From NCBI GenBank assembly GCA_964057225.1, contig OZ059895.1:4278001-4342000 (forward strand): a stretch of 64,000 bases of DNA, read 5' to 3'. Shown here piece after piece: positions 1 through 12,000 of this stretch. The translations under genes and the position numbers were made by a program. The DNA is from Auanema rhodensis (taxonomy: Eukaryota > Animalia > Nematoda). Under the pieces are notes generated by a model. It was not told where the DNA came from. It ran no database searches and saw only the letters and a list, made by a program, of their open reading frames with translations. How positions within the stretch are numbered: position 1 is the stretch's first letter; each line of letters starts with the position of its first letter.

Positions 1-3000
1 TTCCAAAAACATTTTGACAAAAATTTTTTCGAAAAATTTCAAAATAATTTAGCAAAAAGTAGATGTTTTTAGATTCCTTTTTTTAAGGCAAAAATGATGG
101 ACAATGTTATTCAACGAAAAAATTAATTCTTCAGGGTGAAAATCGAGGATATAAGTGTGAACTTATATCAGTTGATATCTCGTTGCATTTTCAAGCTAGC
201 GCAAATCTGATAACACAGATCGACGCAGCTTAAAAATCCGCATCGAATGCACTATACTACATTGAGAAACGCTTAATACAAAAATTAGTTATGATCGTTT
301 GAAAAATGATGCATTAGTGTATGTTGAGTTTCCATGTACACTCAACATTGCTTCCAAAAACATTTTGACAAAAATTTTTTCGAAAAATTTCAAAATAATT
401 TAGCAAAAAGTAGATGTTTTTAGATTCCTTTTTTTAAGGCAAAGATGATGGACAATGTTATTCAACAAAAAAATTAATTCTTCAGGGTGAAAATCGAGGA
501 TATAAGTGTGAACTTATATCAGTTGATATCTCGGTGCATTTTTAAGCTAGCGCAAATCTGATAACACAGATCGACGCAGCTTAAAAATCCGCATCGAATG
601 CACTATACTACATTGAGAAACGCTTAATACAAAAATTAGTTATGATCGTTTGAAAAATGATGCATTAGTGTATGTTGAGTTTCCATGTACACTCAACATT
701 GCTTCCAAAAACATTTTGACAAAAATTTTTTCGAAAAATTTCAAAATAATTTAGCAAAAAGTAGATGTTTTTAGATTCCTTTTTTTAAGGCAAAGATGAT
801 GGACAATGTTATTCAACAAAAAAATTAATTCTTCAGGGTGAAAATCGAGGATATAAGTGTGAACTTATATCAGTAGATATCTCGGTGCATTTTTAAGCCA
901 GCGCAAATCTGATAACACAGATCGACGCAGCTTAAAAATCCGCATCGAATACACTATACTACACTGAGAAACGCTTAATACAAAAATTAGTTATGATCGT
1001 TTGAAAAATGATGCATTAGTGTATGTTGAGTTTCCATGTACACTCAACATTGCTTCCAAAAACATTTTGACAAAAATTTTTTCGAAAAATTTCAAAATAA
1101 TTTAGCAAAAAGTAGATGTTTTTAGATTCCTTTTTTTAAGGCAAAAATGATGGACAATGTTATTCAACGAAAAAATTAATTCTTCAGGGTGAAAATCGAG
1201 GATATAAGTGTGAACTTATATCAGTTGATATCTCGTTGCATTTTCAAGCTAGCGCAAATCTGATAACACAGATCGACGCAGCTTAAAAATCCGCATCGAA
1301 TGCACTATACTACATTGAGAAACGCTTAATACAAAAATTAGTTATGATCGTTTGAAAAATGATGCATTAGTGTATGTTGAGTTTCCATGTACACTCAACA
1401 TTGCTTCCAAAAACATTTTGACAAAAATTTTTTCGAAAAATTTCAAAATAATTTAGCAAAAAGTAGATGTTTTTAGATTCCTTTTTTTAAGGCAAAGATG
1501 ATGGACAATGTTATTCAACAAAAAAATTAATTCTTCAGGGTGAAAATCGAGGATATAAGTGTGAACTTATATCAGTTGATATCTCGGTGCATTTTTAAGC
1601 TAGCGCAAATCTGATAACACAGATCGACGCAGCTTAAAAATCCGCATCGAATGCACTATACTACATTGAGAAACGCTTAATACAAGAATTAGTTATGATC
1701 GTTTGAAAAATGATGCATTAGTGTATGTTGAGTTTCCATGTACACTCAACATTGCTTCCAAAAACATTTTGACAAAAATTTTTTCGAAAAATTTCAAAAT
1801 AATTTAGCAAAAAGTAGATGTTTTTAGATTCCTTTTTTTAAGGCAAAAATGATGGACAATGTTATTAAACGAAAAAATTAATTCTTCAGGGTGAAAATCG
1901 AGGATATAAGTGTGAACTTATATCAGTTGATATCTCGGTGCATTTTTAAGCTAGCGCAAATCTGATAACACAGATCGACGCAGCTTAAAAATCCGCATCG
2001 AATGCACTATACTACATTGAGAAACGCTTAATACAAAAATTAGTTATGATCGTTTGAAAAATGATGCATTAGTGTATGTTGAGTTTCCATGTACACTCAA
2101 CATTGCTTCCAAAAACATTTTGACAAAAATTTTTTCGAAAAATTTCAAAATAATTTAGCAAAAAGTAGATGTTTTTCGATTCCTTTTTTTAAGGCAAAGA
2201 CGATGGACAATGTTATTCAACGAAAAAATCAATTCTTCAGGGTGAAAATCGAGGATATAAGTGTGAACTTATATCAGTTGATATCTCGGTGCATTTTTAA
2301 GCTAGCGCAAATCTGATAACACAGATCGACGCAGCTTAAAAATCCGCATCGAATGCACTATACTACACTGAGAAACGCTTAATACAAAAATTAGTTATGA
2401 TCGTTTGAAAAATGATGCATTAGTGTATGTTGAGTTTCCATGTACACTCAACATTGCTTCCAAAAACATTTTAACAAAAATGTTTTCGAAAAATTTCAAA
2501 ATAATTTAGCAAAAAGTAGATGTTTTTAGATTCCTTTTTTTAAGGCAAAAATGATGGACAATGTTATTCAACGAAAAAATTAATTCTTCAGGGTGAAAAT
2601 CGAGGATATAAGTGTGAACTTATATCAGTTGATATCTCGTTGCATTTTCAAGCTAGCGCAAATCTGATAACACAGATCGACGCAGCTTAAAAATCCGCAT
2701 CGAATGCACTATACAACATTGAGAAACGCTTAATACAAAAATTAGTTATGATCGTTTGAAAAATGATGCATTAGTGTATGTTGAGTTTCCATGTACACTC
2801 AACATTGCTTCCAAAAACATTTTGACAAAAATGTTTTCGAAAAATTTCAAAATAATTTAGCAAAAAGTAGATGTTTTTAGATTCCTTTTTTTAAGGCAAA
2901 AATGATGGACAATGTTATTCAACGAAAAAATTAATTCTTCAGGGTGAAAATCGAGGATATAAGTGTGAACTTATATCAGTTGATATCTCGTTGCATTTTC

Positions 3001-6000
3001 AAGCTAGCGCAAATCTGATAACACAGATCGACGCAGCTTAAAAATCCGCATCGAATGCACTATACAACATTGAGAAACGCTTAATACAAAAATTAGTTAT
3101 GATCGTTTGAAAAATGATGCATTAGTGTATGTTGAGTTTCCATGTACACTCAACATTGCTTCCAAAAACATTTTGACAAAAATGTTTTCGAAAAATTTCA
3201 AAATAATTTAGCAAAAAGTAGATGTTTTTAGATTCCTTTTTTTAAGGCAAAAATGATGGACAATGTTATTCAACGAAAAAATTAATTCTTCAGGGTGAAA
3301 ATCGAGGATATAAGTGTGAACTTATATCAGTTGATATCTCGTTGCATTTTCAAGCTAGCGCAAATCTGATAACACAGATCGACGCAGCTTAAAAATCCGC
3401 ATCGAATGCACTATGCTACACTGAGAAACGCTTAATACAAAAATTAGTTATGATCGTTTGAAAAATGATGCATTAGTGTATGTTGAGTTTCCATGTACAC
3501 TCAACATTGCTTCCAAAAACATTTTGACAAAAATGTTTTCGAAAAATTTCAAAATAATTTAGCAAAAAGTAGATGTTTTTAGATTCCTTTTTTTAAGGCA
3601 AAAATGATGGACAATGTTATTCAACGAAAAAATTAATTCTTCAGGGTGAAAATCGAGGATATAAGTGTGAACTTATATCAGTTGATATCTCGTTGCATTT
3701 TCAAGCTAGCGCAAATCTGATAACACAGATCGACGCAGCTTAAAAATCCGCATCGAATGCACTATACAACATTGAGAAACGCTTAATACAAAAATTAGTT
3801 ATGATCGTTTGAAAAATGATGCATTAGTGTATGTTGAGTTTCCATGTACACTCAACATTGCTTCCAAAAACATTTTGACAAAAATGTTTTCGAAAAATTT
3901 CAAAATAATTTAGCAAAAAGTAGATGTTTTTAGATTCCTTTTTTTAAGGCAAAAATGATGGACAATGTTATTCAACGAAAAAATTAATTCTTCAGGGTGA
4001 AAATCGAGGATATAAGTGTGAACTTATATCAGTTGATATCTCGTTGCATTTTCAAGCTAGCGCAAATCTGATAACACAGATCGACGCAGCTTAAAAATCC
4101 GCATCGAATGCACTATACTACACTGAGAAACGCTTAATACAAAAATTAGTTATGATCGTTTGAAAAATGATGCATTAGTGTATGTTGAGTTTCCATGTAC
4201 ACTCAACATTGCTTCCAAAAACATTTTGACAAAAATTTTTTCGAAAAATTTCAAAATAATTTAGCAAAAAGTAGATGTTTTTCGATTCCTTTTTTTAAGG
4301 CAAAGACGATGGACAATGTTATTCAACGAAAAAATCAATTCTTCAGGGTGAAAATCGAGGATATAAGTGTGAACTTATATCAGTTGATATATCGGTGCAT
4401 TTTTAAGCTAGCGCAAATCTGATAACACAGATCGACGCAGCTTAAAAATCCGCATCGAATGCACTATACTACACTGAGAAACGCGTAATACAAAAATTAG
4501 TTATGATCGTTTGAAAAATGATGCATTAGTGTATGTTGAGTTTCCATGTACACTCAACATTGCTTCCAAAAACATTTTAACAAAAATGTTTTCGAAAAAT
4601 TTCAAAATAATTTAGCAAAAAGTAGATGTTTTTAGATTCCTTTTTTTAAGGCAAAAATGATGGACAATGTTATTCAACGAAAAAATTAATTCTTCAGGGT
4701 GAAAATCGAGGATATAAATGTGAACTTATATCAGTTGATATCTCGTTGCATTTTCAAGCTAGCGCAAATCTGATAACACAGATCGACGCAGCTTAAAAAT
4801 CCGCATCGAATGCACTATACTACATTGAGAAACGCTTAATACAAAAATTAGTTATGATCGTTTGAAAAATGATGCATTAGTGTATGTTGAGTTTCCATGT
4901 ACACTCAACATTGCTTCCAAAAACATTTTGACAAAAATGTTTTCGAAAAATTTCAAAATAATTTAGCAAAAAGTAGATGTTTTTAGATTCCTTTTTTTAA
5001 GGCAAAAATGATGGACAATGTTATTCAACGAAAAAATTAATTCTTCAGGGTGAAAATCGAGGATATAAGTGTGAACTTATATCAGTTGATATCTCGTTGC
5101 ATTTTCAAGCTAGCGCAAATCTGATAACACAGATCGACGCAGCTTAAAAATCCGCATCGAATGCACTATACTACACTGAGAAACGCTTAATACAAAAATT
5201 AGTTATGATCGTTTGAAAAATGATGCATTAGTGTATGTTGAGTTTCCATGTACACTCAACATTGCTTCCAAAAACATTTTGACAAAAATTTTTTCGAAAA
5301 ATTTCAAAATAATTTAGCAAAAAGTAGATGTTTTTCGATTCCTTTTTTTAAGGCAAAGACGATGGACAATGTTATTCAACGAAAAAATCAATTCTTCAGG
5401 GTGAAAATCGAGGATATAAGTGTGAACTTATATCAGTTGATATATCGGTGCATTTTTAAGCTAGCGCAAATCTGATAACACAGATCGACGCAGCTTAAAA
5501 ATCCGCATCGAATGCACTATACTACACTGAGAAACGCTTAATACAAAAATTAGTTATGATCGTTTGAAAAATGATGCATTAGTGTATGTTGAGTTTCCAT
5601 GTACACTCAACATTGCTTCCAAAAACATTTTGACAAAAATGTTTTCGAAAAATTTCAAAATAATTTAGCAAAAAGTAGATGTTTTTCGATTCCTTTTTTT
5701 AAGGCAAAGACGATGGACAATGTTATTCAACGAAAAAATCAATTCTTCAGGGTGAAAATCGAGGATATTAGTGTGAACTTATATCAGTTGATATATCGGT
5801 GCATTTTTAAGCTAGCGCAAATCTGATAACACAGATCGACGCAGCTTAAAAATCCGCATCGAATGCACTATACTACACTGAGAAACGCGTAATACAAAAA
5901 TTAGTTATGATCGTTTGAAAAATGATGCATTAGTGTATGTTGAGTTTCCATGTACACTCAACATTGCTTCCAAAAACATTTTAACAAAAATGTTTTCGAA

Positions 6001-9000
6001 AAATTTCAAAATAATTTAGCAAAAAGTAGATGTTTTTAGATTCCTTTTTTTAAGGCAAAAATGATGGACAATGTTATTCAACGAAAAAATTAATTCTTCA
6101 GGGTGAAAATCGAGGATATAAGTGTGAACTTATATCAGTTGATATCTCGTTGCATTTTCAAGCTAGCGCAAATCTGATAACACAGATCGACGCAGCTTAA
6201 AAATCCGCATCGAATGCACTATACTACACTGAGAAACGCTTAATACAAAAATTAGTTATGATCGTTTGAAAAATGATGCATTAGTGTATGTTGAGTTTCC
6301 ATGTACACTCAACATTGCTTCCAAAAACATTTTGACAAAAATTTTTTCGAAAAATTTCAAAATAATTTAGCAAAAAGTAGATGTTTTTCGATTCCTTTTT
6401 TTAAGGCAAAGACGATGGACAATGTTATTCAACGAAAAAATCAATTCTTCAGGGTGAAAATCGAGGATATAAGTGTGAACTTATATCAGTTGATATATCG
6501 GTGCATTTTTAAGCTAGCGCAAATCTGATAACACAGATCGACGCAGCTTAAAAATCCGCATCGAATGCACTATACTACACTGAGAAACGCGTAATACAAA
6601 AATTAGTTATGATCGTTTGAAAAATGATGCATTAGTGTATGTTGAGTTTCCATGTACACTCAACATTGCTTCCAAAAACATTTTAACAAAAATGTTTTCG
6701 AAAAATTTCAAAATAATTTAGCAAAAAGTAGATGTTTTTAGATTCCTTTTTTTAAGGCAAAAATGATGGACAATGTTATTCAACGAAAAAATTAATTCTT
6801 CAGGGTGAAAATCGAGGATATAAGTGTGAACTTATATCAGTTGATATCTCGTTGCATTTTCAAGCTAGCGCAAATCTGATAACACAGATCGACGCAGCTT
6901 AAAAATCCGCATCGAATGCACTATACTACATTGAGAAACGCTTAATACAAAAATTAGTTATGATCGTTTGAAAAATGATGCATTAGTGTATGTTGAGTTT
7001 CCATGTACACTCAACATTGCTTCCAAAAACATTTTGACAAAAATGTTTTCGAAAAATTTCAAAATAATTTAGCAAAAAGTAGATGTTTTTAGATTCCTTT
7101 TTTTAAGGCAAAAATGATGGACAATGTTATTCAACGAAAAAATTAATTCTTCAGGGTGAAAATCGAGGATATAAGTGTGAACTTATATCAGTTGATATCT
7201 CGTTGCATTTTCAAGCTAGCGCAAATCTGATAACACAGATCGACGCAGCTTAACAATCCGCATCGAATGCACTATACTACATTGAGAAACGCTTAATACA
7301 AAAATTAGTTATGATCGTTTGAAAAATGATGCATTAGTGTATGTTGAGTTTCCATGTACACTCAACATTGCTTCCAAAAACATTTTGACAAAAATTTTTT
7401 CGAAAAATTTCAAAATAATTTAGCAAAAAGTAGATGTTTTTAGATTCCTTTTTTTAAGGCAAAGATGATGGACAATGTTATTCAACAAAAAAATTAATTC
7501 TTCAGGGTGAAAATCGAGGATATAAGTGTGAACTTATATCAGTTGATATCTCGTTGCATTTTCAAGCTAGCGCAAATCTGATAACACAGATCGACGCAGC
7601 TTAAAAATCCGCATCGAATGCACTATACTACACTGAGAAACGCTTAATACAAAAATTAGTTATGATCGTTTGAAAAATGATGCATTAGTGTATGTTGAGT
7701 TTCCATGTACACTCAACATTGCTTCCAAAAACATTTTGACAAAAATTTTTTCGAAAAATTTCAAAATAATTTAGCAAAAAGTAGATGTTTTTCGATTCCT
7801 TTTTTTAAGGCAAAGACGATGGACAATGTTATTCAACGAAAAAATCAATTCTTCAGGGTGAAAATCGAGGATATAAGTGTGAACTTATATCAGTTGATAT
7901 CTCGGTGCATTTTTAAGCTAGCGCAAATCTGATAACACAGATCGACGCAGCTTAAAAATCCGCATCGAATGCACTATACTACACTGAGAAACGCTTAATA
8001 CAAAAATTAGTTATGATCGTTTGAAAAATGATGCATTAGTGTATGTTGAGTTTCCATGTACACTCAACATTGCTTCCAAAAACATTTTAACAAAAATGTT
8101 TTCGAAAAATTTCAAAATAATTTAGCAAAAAGTAGATGTTTTTAGATTCCTTTTTTTAAGGCAAAAATGATGGACAATGTTATTCAACGAAAAAATTAAT
8201 TCTTCAGGGTGAAAATCGAGGATATAAGTGTGAACTTATATCAGTTGATATCTCGTTGCATTTTCAAGCTAGCGCAAATCTGATAACACAGATCGACGCA
8301 GCTTAAAAATCCGCATCGAATGCACTATACTACATTGAGAAACGCTTAATACAAAAATTAGTTATGATCGTTTGAAAAATGATGCATTAGTGTATGTTGA
8401 GTTTCCATGTACACTCAACATTGCTTCCAAAAACATTTTGACAAAAATTTTTTCGAAAAATTTCAAAATAATTTAGCAAAAAGTAGATGTTTTTAGATTC
8501 CTTTTTTTAAGGCAAAGATGATGGACAATGTTATTCAACAAAAAAATTAATTCTTCAGGGTGAAAATCGAGGATATAAGTGTGAACTTATATCAGTAGAT
8601 ATCTCGGTGCATTTTTAAGCCAGCGCAAATCTGATAACACAGATCGACGCAGCTTAAAAATCCGCATCGAATACACTATACTACACTGAGAAACGCTTAA
8701 TACAAAAATTAGTTATGATCGTTTGAAAAATGATGCATTAGTGTATGTTGAGTTTCCATGTACACTCAACATTGCTTCCAAAAACATTTTGACAAAATTT
8801 TTTTCGAAAAATTTCAAAATAATTTAGCAAAAAGTAGATGTTTTTCGATTCCTTTTTTTAAGGCAAAGACGATGGACAATGTTATTCAACGAAAAAATCA
8901 ATTCTTCAGGGTGAAAATCGAGGATATAAGTGTGAACTTATATCAGTTGATATCTCGGTGCATTTTTAAGCTAGCGCAAATCTGATAACACAGATCGACG

Positions 9001-12000
9001 CAGCTTAAAAATCCGCATCGAATGCACTATACTACACTGAGAAACGCTTAATACAAAAATTAGTTATGATCGTTTGAAAAATGATGCATTAGTGTATGTT
9101 GAGTTTCCATGTACACTCAACATTGCTTCCAAAAACATTTTAACAAAAATGTTTTCGAAAAATTTCAAAATAATTTAGCAAAAAGTAGATGTTTTTAGAT
9201 TCCTTTTTTTAAGGCAAAAATGATGGACAATGTTATTCAACGAAAAAATTAATTCTTCAGGGTGAAAATCGAGGATATAAGTGTGAACTTATATCAGTAG
9301 ATATCTCGGTGCATTTTTAAGCCAGCGCAAATCTGATAACACAGATCGACGCAGCTTAAAAATCCGCATCGAATACACTATACTACACTGAGAAACGCTT
9401 AATACAAAAATTAGTTATGATCGTTTGAAAAATGATGCATTAGTGTATGTTGAGTTTCCATGTACACTCAACATTGCTTCCAAAAACATTTTAACAAAAA
9501 TGTTTTCGAAAAATTTCAAAATAATTTAGCAAAAAGTAGATGTTTTTAAATTCCTTTTTTTAAGGCAAAAATGATGGACAATGTTATTCAACGAAAAAAT
9601 TAATTCTTCAGGGTGAAAATCGAGGATATAAGTGTGAACTTATATCAGTTGATATCTCGTTGCATTTTCAAGCTAGCGCAAATCTGATAACACAGATCGA
9701 CGCAGCTTAAAAATCCGCATCGAATGCACTATACTACACTGAGAAACGCTTAATACAAAAATTAGTTATGATCGTTTGAAAAATGATGCATTAGTGTATG
9801 TTGAGTTTCCATGTACACTCAACATTGCTTCCAAAAACATTTTAACAAAAATGTTTTCGAAAAATTTCAAAATAATTTAGCAAAAAGTAGATGTTTTTAG
9901 ATTCCTTTTTTTAAGGCAAAAATGATGGACAATGTTATTCAACGAAAAAATTAATTCTTCAGGGTGAAAATCGAGGATATAAGTGTGAACTTATATCAGT
10001 TGATATCTCGTTGCATTTTCAAGCTAGCGCAAATCTGATAACACAGATCGACGCAGCTTAAAAATCCGCATCGAATGCACTATACTACATTGAGAAACGC
10101 TTAATACAAAAATTAGTTATGATCGTTTGAAAAATGATGCATTAGTGTATGTTGAGTTTCCTTGTACACTCAACATTGCTTCCAAAAACATTTTGACAAA
10201 AATTTTTTCGAAAAATTTCAAAATAATTTAGCAAAAAGTAGATGTTTTTAGATTCCTTTTTTTAAGGCAAAGATGATGGACAATGTTATTCAACAAAAAA
10301 ATTAATTCTTCAGGGTGAAAATCGAGGATATAAGTGTGAACTTATATCAGTAGATATCTCGGTGCATTTTTAAGCCAGCGCAAATCTGATAACACAGATC
10401 GACGCAGCTTAAAAATCCGCATCGAATACACTATACTACACTGAGAAACGCTTAATACAAAAATTAGTTATGATCGTTTGAAAAATGATGCATTAGTGTA
10501 TGTTGAGTTTCCATGTACACTCAACATTGCTTCCAAAAACATTTTGACAAAAATGTTTTCGAAAAATTTCAAAATAATTTAGCAAAAAGTAGATGTTTTT
10601 AGATTCCTTTTTTTAAGGCAAAAATGATGGACAATGTTATTCAACGAAAAAATTAATTCTTCAGGGTGAAAATCGAGGATATAAGTGTGAACTTATATCA
10701 GTAGATATCTCGGTGCATTTTTAAGCCAGCGCAAATCTGATAACACAGATCGACGCAGCTTAAAAATCCGCATCGAATACACTATACTACACTGAGAAAC
10801 GCTTAATACAAAAATTAGTTATGATCGTTTGAAAAATGATGCATTAGTGTATGTTGAGTTTCCATGTACACTCAACATTGCTTCCAAAAACATTTTGACA
10901 AAAATGTTTTCGAAAAATTTCAAAATAATTTAGCAAAAAGTAGATGTTTTTCGATTCCTTTTTTTAAGGCAAAGACGATGGACAATGTTATTCAACGAAA
11001 AAATCAATTCTTCAGGGTGAAAATCGAGGATATAAGTGTGAACTTATATCAGTTGATATCTCGTTGCATTTTCAAGCTAGCGCAAATCTGATAACACAGA
11101 TCGACGCAGCTTAAAAATCCGCATCGAATACACTATACTACACTGAGAAACGCTTAATACAAAAATTAGTTATGATCGTTTGAAAAATGATGCATTAGTG
11201 TATGTTGAGTTTCCATGTACACTCAACATTGCTTCCAAAAACATTTTAACAAAAATGTTTTCGAAAAATTTCAAAATAATTTAGCAAAAAGTAGATGTTT
11301 TTAGATTCCTTTTTTTAAGGCAAAAATGATGGACAATGTTATTCAACGAAAAAATTAATTCTTCAGGGTGAAAATCGAGGATATAAGTGTGAACTTATAT
11401 CAGTTGATATCTCGTTGCATTTTCAAGCTAGCGCAAATCTGATAACACAGATCGACGCAGCTTAAAAATCCGCATCGAATGCACTATACTACACTGAGAA
11501 ACGCTTAATACAAAAATTAGTTATGATCGTTTGAAAAATGATGCATTAGTGTATGTTGAGTTTCCATGTACACTCAACATTGCTTCCAAAAACATTTTAA
11601 CAAAAATGTTTTCGAAAAATTTCAAAATAATTTAGCAAAAAGTAGATGTTTTTAGATTCCTTTTTTTAAGGCAAAAATGATGGACAATGTTATTCAACGA
11701 AAAAATTAATTCTTCAGGGTGAAAATCGAGGATATAAGTGTGAACTTATATCAGTTGATATCTCGTTGCATTTTCAAGCTAGCGCAAATCTGATAACACA
11801 GATCGACGCAGCTTAAAAATCCGCATCGAATGCACTATACTACATTGAGAAACGCTTAATACAAAAATTAGTTATGATCGTTTGAAAAATGATGCATTAG
11901 TGTATGTTGAGTTTCCATGTACACTCAACATTGCTTCCAAAAACATTTTGACAAAAATTTTTTCGAAAAATTTCAAAATAATTTAGCAAAAAGTAGATGT

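Noticed and set aside
1-351. Identity with known ~350-360-bp satellites (Drosophila 359-bp 1.688, Tribolium satellites)
   Set aside because: Only length and AT content are similar. I recognise no sequence match and cannot run a search.
2170-2330. Hammerhead ribozyme / retrozyme (monomer size fits; CTGAAGA on minus strand, CTGATAA on plus)
   Set aside because: I could not build stem II closed by GAAA or stems I/III around either motif, and CTGATAA lacks the conserved G8. An Infernal search with Rfam hammerhead models would settle it.
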